Origin: a phage
Reading direction: 5' to 3' (one strand)
NCBI GenBank assembly: GCA_019326865.1
Contig: GCA_019326865.1_4101.1
Length of the DNA stretch: 64,000 nt
Shown here: in pieces, positions 44,498-54,129 of the stretch
Numbering within the stretch: position 1 is the stretch's first letter
Layout: each line of letters begins with the position of its first letter
The notes under the pieces: generated by a model
Database searches by the model: none
What the model was told of the DNA's origin: nothing
Seen by the model: only the letters and a program-made list of their open reading frames with translations
Translations under genes and position numbers: made by a program

Positions 44498-45625
44498 ATG
44501 AAAGGTAAATATTTTTTCATTGAAAATGGGAAAGAAGTTGAGATTCAAGAATTTAACTATAATTATGTACTGAATTCTTTATTGAAACAATATGACCGTT
44601 CATCAAACAAAAAATACATTTACAATGTGATAGTACGTCGTACATATGATTCATTGGGTAATCCGATATTTGATGTAAAAACATTGGCATTAGATGAAAT
44701 CTATTTTGATAATAAACGATTGAAAGTTCTTGATTTAATGAAGGATAAAATTCATTTTAGTAATGTTAAAATTGATCCGAACATGCCAGTTCCACCACTA
44801 GAGCGTGAATATCGTGAATGGAAAGAAGGTCGTTCTAAACCACGTTTAGATATGGTACAAACATCACCAAATGTACCTGCACCTATTGTTCTGAAGAAAA
44901 AATCAATTGACCCAGATGACAACAGAATTGCTGATATTGAACGTTGGGTTGAATTCCCTAGTACTATTGAAAAGAATTCAGTAAAAGTTCTAGACTGGTT
45001 TGTAAACTTACCTGTTTGTGCACAAGAAATTGGAACTAAGATTCAACAAATTTCAGAACGTCAATTGGATCTTAATTCAGCATTACAACAGCATAGTGAT
45101 TATATTAGAATGCTTATGAATAACCTTACTGTTGCGTTGGAAACGTTGTTCCCATTGAAGCCGACCTTTACGCAGAAATTATTTGGTAAAACTGATATAA
45201 AAGTGCAACCATCAGATTTGCCAAAAGTGATGAAAGCACTAAATGAAGCAGTTAAGTATGACACCAATAAGTTTAGTGGTCTTAGTACTATGTTTTCAGA
45301 ACTCCGAAAGGAAGTTCATGAAATCAAAAATGAACTTGAATATGGAAAGTTGGGATGTGAATACGCACTACGTTGTGTGGATGATGCGTTTGAATATGAA
45401 TTAACATTAGAACGTATTATGAAAATGGGAATTACAACATCCATGACTGAAACGAGCATTATTGCAACAAGTAAGCAATATCAAGTTGATATGAATCGTA
45501 TGGTAGATATTCAAACTATTACTATCCCTTTGATTATCAATCGTTTACAATCACAGACAGGTAAAGCTGTAGATGAGGATACAGTAAAAATTATTCGTAA
45601 TCTGGCATATGGTAACAAAGAGTAA
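44498..45625 (+). CDS. hypothetical protein
   Basis: 375-aa ORF with good RBS. Confidence 0.5.
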   Translation: MKGKYFFIENGKEVEIQEFNYNYVLNSLLKQYDRSSNKKYIYNVIVRRTYDSLGNPIFDVKTLALDEIYFDNKRLKVLDLMKDKIHFSNVKIDPNMPVPPLEREYREWKEGRSKPRLDMVQTSPNVPAPIVLKKKSIDPDDNRIADIERWVEFPSTIEKNSVKVLDWFVNLPVCAQEIGTKIQQISERQLDLNSALQQHSDYIRMLMNNLTVALETLFPLKPTFTQKLFGKTDIKVQPSDLPKVMKALNEAVKYDTNKFSGLSTMFSELRKEVHEIKNELEYGKLGCEYALRCVDDAFEYELTLERIMKMGITTSMTETSIIATSKQYQVDMNRMVDIQTITIPLIINRLQSQTGKAVDEDTVKIIRNLAYGNKE

Positions 45626-45632
45626 AAAATAC

Positions 45633-45661
45633 TTGACTAGCATCTGTGTTGCACGTATAAT
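45633..45661 (+). promoter_or_regulatory. sigma70-type promoter (TTGACT-17-TATAAT)
   Basis: Near-consensus -35, 17-nt spacer, consensus -10. Confidence 0.6.
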
Positions 45662-45709
45662 GTTTATCACAAAGCAGCACATCATATTAAATTAAACGAG
45701 GAATACTAA

Positions 45710-46858
45710 ATGTCCGAGAAAGAAATCAATCCTAAAAAAACAACTACCGCAGCTAAAACTACAAAACGTTCTACAAAACGTTCTACCAAAACCGCATCCA
45801 AAGGTCATACCATTGATGCAAGTGATATTTTTAACCAAACTACAAAATCACTCCCCGTACTGAAAGATGTTAAGGGAAATACTATGTCTCTAACAGTTCA
45901 AAACATCAACACTGTTGGTACAACTGCTGGTGCTGCTGTTGGGCGATTAGCTGATGAAATCATGTCTAAAGTTAATGTAACTGATGACAATACAGAGTTT
46001 GGAAAATCAATCACCACAATTCTCACATTGACTCGTGCAGTTGATATTGACAGTCTTCAAGAAGATAAATCAATTGTGGGGCGTATTAAGAAATTTTTTG
46101 TTAATGCTCAACAAAAAGTTGGTGATCAGTACAAAAATAGCAAAGAGCAAATTGACGAAATCATGAAAACTCTTCAAACTGGTATTAATCGCCAGCACGG
46201 AGAATGTGAATGGCTTGATAAAGCATATAATGAAAACAAAGAATATTTGTTTGAATTACGTGATACATTAGTTGGTTTGGAAGAAGTAACTAAATCACAA
46301 GATGCATTGTTAGAAGAAATGCAAAAAGACAAAAATGTAGACTCTTTTGCTATTCAAGAGCAGAAGATGATTTGTGAAGCACTTTCTAAACAGGAAGATA
46401 AGATTCGTCGTCTTATTATGATGTGCGAACTAAGTGGTCCACGTCTGATGAGTATGAAAAAAGTAAACTTGAACACTGTTTCTAAGTTTGAAGATTTAAA
46501 ATCTGTTGTTATTCCAGCATGGAAGTCTCAATTGGCTGAACAATTAATTTCCGAGCGTCAACGTAAGGATAATGAACTAGGCAATCTAATTGATAATGAG
46601 ACAAACCGTCTTTTGGAAACTAACTCTAAGATGGTTGCAGCAAATATGTTGGACGCAGCAAAGGCAAACAACCGTGGTATTGTGGATATTAAAACCTTGC
46701 GTAATGTACATAAAACGATGATTGACAGTATTGAAGCAGTTATTGAAGAAGAGAAAAAAGGCAAATTGGAACGTGAACGTGCTAAACAGGAAATTGCACA
46801 ACTTTCCTATGAACTGGAAGACACTCTTCGTGAAATTGCCGAAAAAGCTAACAAGTAA
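45710..46858 (+). CDS. hypothetical coiled-coil protein (possibly TelA/KlaA-like)
   Basis: 382 aa, basic low-complexity N-terminus then long predicted helices; TelA resemblance is size/composition only. Confidence 0.4.
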   Translation: MSEKEINPKKTTTAAKTTKRSTKRSTKTASKGHTIDASDIFNQTTKSLPVLKDVKGNTMSLTVQNINTVGTTAGAAVGRLADEIMSKVNVTDDNTEFGKSITTILTLTRAVDIDSLQEDKSIVGRIKKFFVNAQQKVGDQYKNSKEQIDEIMKTLQTGINRQHGECEWLDKAYNENKEYLFELRDTLVGLEEVTKSQDALLEEMQKDKNVDSFAIQEQKMICEALSKQEDKIRRLIMMCELSGPRLMSMKKVNLNTVSKFEDLKSVVIPAWKSQLAEQLISERQRKDNELGNLIDNETNRLLETNSKMVAANMLDAAKANNRGIVDIKTLRNVHKTMIDSIEAVIEEEKKGKLERERAKQEIAQLSYELEDTLREIAEKANK

Positions 46859-46861
46859 TAG

Positions 46862-46890
46862 TTGACATATGAGTGCGTTTTTAATATAAT
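46862..46890 (+). promoter_or_regulatory. sigma70-type promoter (TTGACA-17-TATAAT) inside terminator hairpin
   Basis: -35 at 46862-46867 and -10 at 46885-46890, lying within the stem-loop at 46871-46913. Confidence 0.55.
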
Positions 46891-46913
46891 CTTATTGAAA
46901 ACGCACTCTTTTT
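46871..46913 (+). terminator. rho-independent terminator
   Basis: gagtgcgtttt ... aaaacgcactc stem then TTTTT. Confidence 0.65.
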
Positions 46914-46937
46914 AATGTACAGATAAGGAACTAATTT

Positions 46938-47627
46938 ATGAAACGTCGTCATATTAGTGTTGATATTGAAACTCTTGGAACACCTGAACTTTCCGGTTAT
47001 GATATTATTATCCCAAATTATGCAGCAGTTGTAGTTCCAAGTAAACCTGAAAATGACATTCATCAGTTCTTATATGTTAAATTACCATACCAAGATCAAG
47101 TTGCTGCTGGATTAAAATCAGACGCAGGTGCAATGGATTTTTGGATGAATACATGCCAGAAAGAATATCCAAATGCATATACTGAAGTTGCTAGTACTAT
47201 GAAAATCAAAGCACCTGAATTATATGGACCTAATGAACAATCACGACGTTTTTTTGCATACAGTAGTATTGTTGATTTTTGGAAAGAATTACGTTACAAT
47301 GAACATGGCGAAGAAGTTCCTCATTCTGTATGGGGTAATGGATGCAACTTCGATTGTAGTATTTTACAAGCAAACCATTTAAAATTAATGAACGCGGGTG
47401 AATTGTGGAAGTATGATGCACCTGAAAATGCACGCACATTGAAACGTTTATTGAATGAAGAAGCTCGTATTGAAATGGATGAAATCGTCTCGGTACAATT
47501 GGCTAAATTTGTTACATATGCAAACAAGTGTGGGATCAATGGGTTGGAGTTGCACCACCCACTGTTTGATGCGGCACGTGAAGCAATCCAGATTTCATTT
47601 TGTCTAAACAAGCTTAAAATGGATTAA
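46938..47627 (+). CDS. DEDD 3'-5' exonuclease (DexA-like)
   Basis: N-terminal ISVDIETLG Exo I motif; 229 aa. Confidence 0.55.
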   Translation: MKRRHISVDIETLGTPELSGYDIIIPNYAAVVVPSKPENDIHQFLYVKLPYQDQVAAGLKSDAGAMDFWMNTCQKEYPNAYTEVASTMKIKAPELYGPNEQSRRFFAYSSIVDFWKELRYNEHGEEVPHSVWGNGCNFDCSILQANHLKLMNAGELWKYDAPENARTLKRLLNEEARIEMDEIVSVQLAKFVTYANKCGINGLELHHPLFDAAREAIQISFCLNKLKMD

Positions 47628-47630
47628 TAC

Positions 47631-48725
47631 ATGAATTTTATTATTCTGTTAATACCTTCTCTAATTGTAGTATTCGTTATGAAATACATGTACGATAAGC
47701 ACATCAGTACTAAAGAATTGATGATTCATATTGGTTGTTGTGTATTAGGTGCTGCTCTTGTACTTGGGATTTCATATGCAATTAATTACAGCCAACTATA
47801 TGATGTAGAGATTTTAAATGGACAAGTAACATCAAAATACAATCATAAAGAAATTTGTACACAATCAAGTTCATGTAAGCACTATACATGGCATGAGAAG
47901 TGTCACACACGATATGATAGCAAAGGTAAATCACATCGTGAGTGTGAATCATATAAAGTATTTGATTACTCATATGAAGTTGATTGGTATGTGAAAAGTA
48001 CAGTAGGTGTGTTTGTGATTGAACGTGTAAACCGTCAAGGCACAATGACACCACCACGTTGGCAACAAGTTATGATTGGTGACTATGCAGCAGCAGAAAG
48101 TTCATATATCAACTATCTATTTGCTGATAAGAACTCATTGTTTAGTCCAGCAGAAATACACAACATGTATGATGAAAAGTATCTTAGTACTATTCCAGAA
48201 TACCCAAGTGTAGTTGATTATTATAAAACCCATCATGTAATTAACACTACAAATTACAACGTTGATGGTTACGATGAATACCTTCGTAATGAGCTAAAAA
48301 CTATGGGTACACGTAAGCAGGTAAACATCCAAGTTCTGGTGTATAATTACAAAGATAGTGATTTTGTTGCTGCAACTCTTGCAAAGTGGCGTGGTGGTAA
48401 GAAGAATGATGTTATTATGTTCTTTGGTATTGATAATGATGGTAATGTTGTTAAATTCAACAGTACCTCATTTGCACAAGGTATGAAGAATGAAGAGTTA
48501 CATGCAAAGATGCGTATTGATGCATTAAATGAAAAATTAACTCTTGACTTACTATCCAAAGAAGTGCATAATATTGATACACAGTTCGAGAGACTCTCTA
48601 ATAAAGAGTTTGAGTACCTATCAGTAAAAATGGAACCTAGAAAAGATGTTCTTATTGGTGCTTCCATTGTATTGTTGATTCTGTCTATTTTCATTGGCCT
48701 TTATATGAGGGATAACAAATTATGA
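47631..48725 (+). CDS. membrane protein (N- and C-terminal TM segments)
   Basis: 364 aa; hydrophobic N-terminus and C-terminus, Cys-rich middle. Confidence 0.55.
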   Translation: MNFIILLIPSLIVVFVMKYMYDKHISTKELMIHIGCCVLGAALVLGISYAINYSQLYDVEILNGQVTSKYNHKEICTQSSSCKHYTWHEKCHTRYDSKGKSHRECESYKVFDYSYEVDWYVKSTVGVFVIERVNRQGTMTPPRWQQVMIGDYAAAESSYINYLFADKNSLFSPAEIHNMYDEKYLSTIPEYPSVVDYYKTHHVINTTNYNVDGYDEYLRNELKTMGTRKQVNIQVLVYNYKDSDFVAATLAKWRGGKKNDVIMFFGIDNDGNVVKFNSTSFAQGMKNEELHAKMRIDALNEKLTLDLLSKEVHNIDTQFERLSNKEFEYLSVKMEPRKDVLIGASIVLLILSIFIGLYMRDNKL

Positions 48726-49276
48726 ATGGTAAAATTTTTGCGTTGATTGGTATTGTAGTTGTTGTAGGTCTGATGATGATTGGTGCTGTCAGTATGTATG
48801 TTGATACACATGACCGTGCAGTTGAATTCGAAGGTAACATTAAAAAGTACAATGACGCGTCCGAAAGCCAACTGAGTACCTACACTCTTACAATTCAAGA
48901 AAAGGTACAAGTTTCTGATAAGTACAAAGATGCATTGAAAGAAACAATTGAATCATACTTTAAAGGACGTGAAGGTGTTGACCAAAAATTCGTAATGTCA
49001 CAAATCCAACAACAGGTTCCAAATCTCGATCCTAAGATTTATCAGGAACTAATGGCTACAATTGAATCAGGACGTAATAAGTTCAACAATCTTCAGAAAA
49101 TGAAAATTGATCAGTGTACTGATTATGCAAAGTTCCGTAAAGGTTTTTGGAATTCCAGAGTTCTTGATAAAGATATTTTCCCAGGTAAAGAAATTGAACA
49201 TCTATGTACTGTAGTTTCTGATATACGTACTAAGAAAGCAATGGATACTGGTATTCAAGAAGTAATTAAACTATAA
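48722..49276 (+). CDS. membrane-anchored protein
   Basis: 184 aa, N-terminal TM helix, start overlaps upstream stop. Confidence 0.5.
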   Translation: MNGKIFALIGIVVVVGLMMIGAVSMYVDTHDRAVEFEGNIKKYNDASESQLSTYTLTIQEKVQVSDKYKDALKETIESYFKGREGVDQKFVMSQIQQQVPNLDPKIYQELMATIESGRNKFNNLQKMKIDQCTDYAKFRKGFWNSRVLDKDIFPGKEIEHLCTVVSDIRTKKAMDTGIQEVIKL

Positions 49277-49285
49277 TTAAATGTT

Positions 49286-49308
49286 GGGGGTACTTTGTAC
49301 CCCCTTTT
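49286..49308 (+). terminator. rho-independent terminator
   Basis: gggggtac-ttt-gtaccccc hairpin then TTTT. Confidence 0.75.
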
Positions 49309-49310
49309 CT

Positions 49311-49910
49311 ATGGGATGTACTATGTTTTTAAAAAATACTTATGAATTGATTAAAATGCTTCATCAAATGAAGAAAGGTAGTTTATTTCCCTATTACTCT
49401 GAGGATGAAACACATCGTTTAGTCCTTAAATTGGATGAAACTGGACGTATTATATCATTAAGAACACCAGTTCCGAGTGTGGAAACAGTAATTACACAAT
49501 CAACTCAAAATTCAGGAACTGCTATTAAAACGCCACAAGCATACAACTCTAATTACCAACAACCACAAATGTACACGATTAGCACTCCACCTATTAGACG
49601 AGTTGCTTGTATTGTGAATATAAAAGTATCTAAGGACTTTGATGATTTAATATCAGTTGAATGGTCAGAACTAACATCATCATTAACAAACAACGGGCTT
49701 GTAGTGACAAATGCAGGTATAATGCACAACAACAAAGAAGGACAGCAGATAATGAGTGCGTTATATCTTAGTAATGGTTATGTTATCATCAACGGTAAGT
49801 TGTATAGCGATACTGATCCTATTGCATTCACTGAAGATTTGGTTGGTGACAAAGAATACAGCATTCTTGAAATTATGAATTTAAAAAAGGTGTATGAAAA
49901 CCGTGATTAG
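49311..49910 (+). CDS. hypothetical protein
   Basis: Track start 49281 lies inside the terminator; first downstream ATGs are 49311 and 49323. Confidence 0.45.
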   Translation: MGCTMFLKNTYELIKMLHQMKKGSLFPYYSEDETHRLVLKLDETGRIISLRTPVPSVETVITQSTQNSGTAIKTPQAYNSNYQQPQMYTISTPPIRRVACIVNIKVSKDFDDLISVEWSELTSSLTNNGLVVTNAGIMHNNKEGQQIMSALYLSNGYVIINGKLYSDTDPIAFTEDLVGDKEYSILEIMNLKKVYENRD

Positions 49911-50475
49911 ATTTCAACAAGATGATTTGCCATTTATTCAAGAACTAGAAGAACAGGTAATAAGTATTATGGATGAAATTAGTACTTGGGATATAACAGT
50001 GTTTCGAAATGTATATGATAATGTGGTAAATTTTAAAAATGTTAATATTGAAGTAAAACATAATAATTTTTACTTAACAAAACGATTCATTTTGACTCGT
50101 CCTGGTACAAAGCCAGAGAAACGTAATTTGTCATTTGGACGCCTAGTTGGTACAGAACAGGTACATGAAGACTGGATTGACTCCATCTATTCGTATACAA
50201 AAGAGCTTATTCCTGATATTGAGAAAAGATATTATCTTAGTATCACATTAGATGAAAACGGAAATCTTAATGCGTATTCGATAAATTCTTCTTCAAATGT
50301 TCCATTACATTCAATGACGATTGGTGACAAAAAATTACTAATAAATTCTGAAACATGGTACAATAGAGAAAATTTCGCAGCAGAATCATTTCAGTACTCT
50401 GTATCTGAACCTAAGTCACCTTTTGATATAGTGTTTGTAAGTAATATTCTTTTACGTTTTGGTGTAGGAGTGTAA
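49894..50475 (+). CDS. hypothetical protein
   Basis: 193-aa ORF, start overlaps upstream gene. Confidence 0.5.
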   Translation: MKTVIRFQQDDLPFIQELEEQVISIMDEISTWDITVFRNVYDNVVNFKNVNIEVKHNNFYLTKRFILTRPGTKPEKRNLSFGRLVGTEQVHEDWIDSIYSYTKELIPDIEKRYYLSITLDENGNLNAYSINSSSNVPLHSMTIGDKKLLINSETWYNRENFAAESFQYSVSEPKSPFDIVFVSNILLRFGVGV

Positions 50476-50478
50476 TTT

Positions 50479-50832
50479 ATGCTAATTTATTTAAGTGTTA
50501 TTGTGATTTCATTACTGGTATCATTCGCTGTTCTTAAAATTGTTGCTATTTGTAGAAGTAAGATTGATAGTTTTGAAACTAGATCAGTACTTGACTTGAT
50601 TATGGACCATCCTAAAATCTGTGGTATTATTGTATTATTCGTTGTACTGATTAATACATATATTGTCAGGGAACATTTATATAATATGTATGATTGTAGT
50701 GTGCGTTCTATTTCACAAGGTGTTGAAACAGACTATAGTTGGTACTATGAGAAATGTCGATTTAAAAACCAGCATGGTATTTGGGTTGATTTTGATAAAC
50801 TACGTGGAACACCTTCAGGAGAAGAAGAATAA
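50479..50832 (+). CDS. membrane protein
   Basis: 117 aa with two hydrophobic segments. Confidence 0.5.
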   Translation: MLIYLSVIVISLLVSFAVLKIVAICRSKIDSFETRSVLDLIMDHPKICGIIVLFVVLINTYIVREHLYNMYDCSVRSISQGVETDYSWYYEKCRFKNQHGIWVDFDKLRGTPSGEEE

Positions 50833-50834
50833 TT

Positions 50835-51326
50835 ATGTTTGAATTCCCAGAAGAGTCATTTAACTTCATTGACCCTACTGATGATGGATACCGACATATT
50901 AACATTTATAGTAAAGCCAGAACGAAGTTGGGTAGAGATCTATCTAACTTTTCTTCGCATAGCTTCACACTTGAACCATATGGTTGGTTCCCTTCAGTTG
51001 AAACATTTTACTTTTGGTTTTTAACTGGGCAAAAACATGATGACCTTAGAAAAGTATCTGGTGCAGCAGCAAAAGCAGCCGCTAACAAATATATGCATGA
51101 TCGAATTGAAATGACGGATGATTGTATTTCTATTATTCAAGATGCTATTTGTGCTAAGATAATTCAAAATCCAGAGTTAGCCGAAAGATTAAGAAAAAGC
51201 AAGTTGCCTTTTTACCATTACTATGTATATGGTGGTAAAGTTGTAGATGTATCCAACGAACATGATTGGTTTGTTAAAACATTCGAATATATAAGAACTG
51301 TGTTAAAGGAAAACTATGATGGGTAA
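50835..51326 (+). CDS. NADAR/YbiA-like (DUF1768) protein
   Basis: HINIYSKARTKLGRDLSNFSS...FPSVETFY parallels YbiA INFYS...GDFSNFA...WPTSEHYFQ; RKVSGAAAKAAANK parallels RRVSSPMVAARMGR. Confidence 0.45.
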   Translation: MFEFPEESFNFIDPTDDGYRHINIYSKARTKLGRDLSNFSSHSFTLEPYGWFPSVETFYFWFLTGQKHDDLRKVSGAAAKAAANKYMHDRIEMTDDCISIIQDAICAKIIQNPELAERLRKSKLPFYHYYVYGGKVVDVSNEHDWFVKTFEYIRTVLKENYDG

Positions 51327-51597
51327 ATGTTGGGTATGCTTCAAGGTGTTTGATGAAGAATATGAAATAATATTAGATGTATTGCCACAGCAGTACATGG
51401 TATGTAATGAAAAATACAAATTGGACACCTACCCGACCCCCAAGTACATGGGAATATGTCCTTTGTGTGATGCAAATGGCGTGTCCAATAGTGAGATTTC
51501 ATTCACTAACCAAGCCACAACTAACTGTGTATCTGGGTATATAAGAGAGAATCGAGAATATTTTATTAGGAGATTATATGAACGACAAAATCTTTGA
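51316..51597 (+). CDS. hypothetical zinc-ribbon protein
   Basis: CWVC ... CPLC cysteine pairs; 93 aa. Confidence 0.45.
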   Translation: MMGKCWVCFKVFDEEYEIILDVLPQQYMVCNEKYKLDTYPTPKYMGICPLCDANGVSNSEISFTNQATTNCVSGYIRENREYFIRRLYERQNL

Positions 51598-51808
51598 TAC
51601 ATATAACATCGATACTTTACTAACACCATCTGATAACAGTACTGTTAAAATGGACATGTACTGGATTGTCGTTGATAAAAAAGTATTTAGACATAAAATT
51701 ACTAAAGTTTGGCAATGTAATAAAAACAAATCTATTGTTGAAGGATTGGCACAATGCATTCCTAATGCAGAGGTTTTATTTTTACCATATGCATATACAA
51801 AGGAATAA
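51578..51808 (+). CDS. hypothetical protein
   Basis: 76-aa ORF. Confidence 0.4.
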   Translation: MNDKIFDTYNIDTLLTPSDNSTVKMDMYWIVVDKKVFRHKITKVWQCNKNKSIVEGLAQCIPNAEVLFLPYAYTKE

Positions 51809-51809
51809 A

Positions 51810-51971
51810 ATGAAAAAAACTTGGAAAATATTCACAATACCTGCTATAATGTTGTTATTGACACTTTTCACACCACAGAGTCATGTATTATCTCTTAATA
51901 TTGTGGAAATAATTCTTCTTGTAATTCACTGTGTCGTGTGTTATAATTATGTAAAAGGTGATAAAGAATGA
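51810..51971 (+). CDS. small membrane protein
   Basis: AAGGA RBS then ATG at 51810; hydrophobic 53-aa product. Confidence 0.4.
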   Translation: MKKTWKIFTIPAIMLLLTLFTPQSHVLSLNIVEIILLVIHCVVCYNYVKGDKE

Positions 51972-52390
51972 AGTTCTTTAAAATTCGAATTGGTGTAAGT
52001 TCTGGTTTATCTCATTGGGTATTTTATGATTTACCTGATAGTTATACTATTGATGATGTAATTGATTTATATACCGAAGATCAACAATGGGTGTTAGATA
52101 CCGAAACATATAGAATTGATTGTCAAGAGATTAGTGAAGAAGATTACAAGCACGGAAAGCAAGCCATGAAGTATTTTGAAACAAATATCAAAATGCTGTC
52201 TGAAAACGTATTTCCGGTAAAAGAATGGGCAATTTTACTTGCTAATCCTAAAAAACCTGTTAGAATTGGTTATCCAAATTTTCATATGGTATATCGAATG
52301 AATGATAAACGAGAGCTTAATTATCAATACGATTATGACTCATCTAAGTTTGGGGTTCTTAAACAATTTTTGAAGGCTTATCCAGTATGA
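51968..52390 (+). CDS. hypothetical protein
   Basis: 140-aa ORF. Confidence 0.5.
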   Translation: MKFFKIRIGVSSGLSHWVFYDLPDSYTIDDVIDLYTEDQQWVLDTETYRIDCQEISEEDYKHGKQAMKYFETNIKMLSENVFPVKEWAILLANPKKPVRIGYPNFHMVYRMNDKRELNYQYDYDSSKFGVLKQFLKAYPV

Positions 52391-52722
52391 GTGAAGATAG
52401 TAAAGAGTATATTTTACGTTGTTCTTGTGGCGATAAAATGGAGCATTGTGTTCACATTGCACAATTTGACTTGACAGAAGAATATGGAGATGGTAAACTT
52501 GGTCAATGTCTTATTAGTATGCGTTTAAATCCTTTTTTAAAATGGTATAAACGCGTATGGGTGGCAGTAAAGTACATTTTTGGCGTAAACGACTATCAAT
52601 ATGTAGAAGCAACAATTGATGTTGACATTCTAAAAGATGTTGTTTTACAATTAGAAGATACTCGTTCAGATGAGGTTAAGAATGAAGAAAGAAAAAAACG
52701 TACTGATGTGAAGGTTTTATGA
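52387..52722 (+). CDS. hypothetical protein
   Basis: 111 aa, Cys/His cluster near N-terminus. Confidence 0.45.
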   Translation: MSEDSKEYILRCSCGDKMEHCVHIAQFDLTEEYGDGKLGQCLISMRLNPFLKWYKRVWVAVKYIFGVNDYQYVEATIDVDILKDVVLQLEDTRSDEVKNEERKKRTDVKVL

Positions 52723-52913
52723 ATACTGAACTTTATGAAAAAAAGTACTGTACAAATTGTTCAACTGAGTATACAATACAAGGTATGTTAATTTGTACAA
52801 TATGTCAGTCAAAGAAATCAGCCACGTTTATCGTTGATGATAGATTTGGTGACTTAAAACAGTTTAAAGCAAACCGCAATCTTCGTATTTTTAGCAATCT
52901 AAATAAGGAATAA
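52719..52913 (+). CDS. hypothetical zinc-ribbon protein
   Basis: CTNC ... CTIC cysteine pairs; 64 aa. Confidence 0.4.
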   Translation: MNTELYEKKYCTNCSTEYTIQGMLICTICQSKKSATFIVDDRFGDLKQFKANRNLRIFSNLNKE

Positions 52914-52916
52914 TAT

Positions 52917-53345
52917 ATGAATATCGAACAAACTATCCGTAATCATTCTTTCTTCGCACCAGAAACTGGACGTGTTATCGAGAATATCAAAATCGAAGAA
53001 CTCATGATTAATGTTAAATACAAAGAACTAAATGATGAGATTAGCAGCACCATTTGTGCTTTACGTGCACCATTTCGTGACGAAAAAGCCAAAAAACCAG
53101 CATATGTTCTTGCAATTGCACTAGGGTGTGTCGTTAAACTGGCAGTTGATGAAAATATTATCAACATCAAAGTCGCCCCATCTAATGACGAAGAGAACAT
53201 TGATTTGAACTTCGATGGTAATCTTGATGAAGATGTATTTTTCCAACAATCACTTGTTTATGATTTCCGCACAGTTACACATTCTCATATCAACTTCGTC
53301 AATGAAATGGTTGATATTGTAGCAAAATATGAAGAATCACTATAA
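52917..53345 (+). CDS. FQxS-motif paralog family member
   Basis: C-terminal DEDVFFQQSLVYDF shared with nine other ORFs. Confidence 0.55.
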   Translation: MNIEQTIRNHSFFAPETGRVIENIKIEELMINVKYKELNDEISSTICALRAPFRDEKAKKPAYVLAIALGCVVKLAVDENIINIKVAPSNDEENIDLNFDGNLDEDVFFQQSLVYDFRTVTHSHINFVNEMVDIVAKYEESL

Positions 53346-53354
53346 GTAAATACA

Positions 53355-53380
53355 AAAGCCTCCACTATGGGGGCTTTTCT
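53355..53380 (+). terminator. rho-independent terminator
   Basis: agcctcc...gggggct hairpin then TTTT. Confidence 0.6.
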
Positions 53381-53399
53381 CACATAAGGTAATGAAGAC

Positions 53400-53951
53400 A
53401 TGATTGAACAAATTAAAATTCTCACAAAGCAAATTACCGATTTTCTTTCAGATAAAGATGGTTTTAAAACAGAAGTAAAAATGCACGGTGTTAGTCTTGA
53501 TGTTATTTCTCCTGATTCTAATGTGACAAATTATGATATGTATGAATTATTCCTTTACACGTTAGCAGTACGTAAGTTAGGAAGTGATATTGAACTTAAT
53601 ATTAATACTAATAGCGAAGGAAATAAAATTTTTGCAATCAACACGAGTGCCAAATTTGATATTAATGCAGAAATTAAAAAAATCAATGAAAGTTTTGTTG
53701 GCTTTAAACATAATTCTATTCAAGGTGTTTTTGTAGGAAAACAAACTTCCTCAAGTCAATACCCATACTGCATTATGACTTTATACAAAAATGGCGATTG
53801 GATGCGACAAGATTTAGTTTATGCTGAATTGTTGTATGCGTTTACACATGATCTTGTAATTGAATTGGACGACAGTGCTTTTTGCTTTAAGAAAATCAAA
53901 AAATTAACCAATGACATTCAAACACAACTTAAAGATTTAAATGATAAATAA
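53400..53951 (+). CDS. hypothetical protein
   Basis: 183-aa ORF. Confidence 0.5.
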   Translation: MIEQIKILTKQITDFLSDKDGFKTEVKMHGVSLDVISPDSNVTNYDMYELFLYTLAVRKLGSDIELNINTNSEGNKIFAINTSAKFDINAEIKKINESFVGFKHNSIQGVFVGKQTSSSQYPYCIMTLYKNGDWMRQDLVYAELLYAFTHDLVIELDDSAFCFKKIKKLTNDIQTQLKDLNDK

Positions 53952-54010
53952 ATATACCAGAAATGGTTAACATATCATGTTACTTTCATCCCTTACATAA
54001 TAATTATGCG

Positions 54011-54056
54011 TTATTATATTTTTCATTATTATATTTTTCATTATATTATTATTTTC
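54011..54056 (+). repeat. 15-nt tandem direct repeat in intergenic region
   Basis: ttattatatttttca twice in tandem (54011-54040) plus a partial third copy. Confidence 0.6.
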
Positions 54057-54085
54057 TTTTTATTGTACATAATCATATTAGTACT

Positions 54086-54107
54086 GCCCCGTTTTTCGGG
54101 GCATTTT
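54086..54107 (+). terminator. rho-independent terminator
   Basis: ccccg-ttttt-cgggg hairpin then TTTTT. Confidence 0.65.
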
Positions 54108-54129
54108 TATTATCTAAAATTGAGGATAT

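Noticed and set aside
48722-49276. LemA-family assignment for the membrane-anchored protein
   Set aside because: Only size and an N-terminal TM helix match; the characteristic LemA core motif could not be found by eye.
54011-54056. Possible CRISPR-like repeats
   Set aside because: Only two to three copies of a 15-nt AT-rich unit, no spacers and no cas genes; simple tandem duplication.
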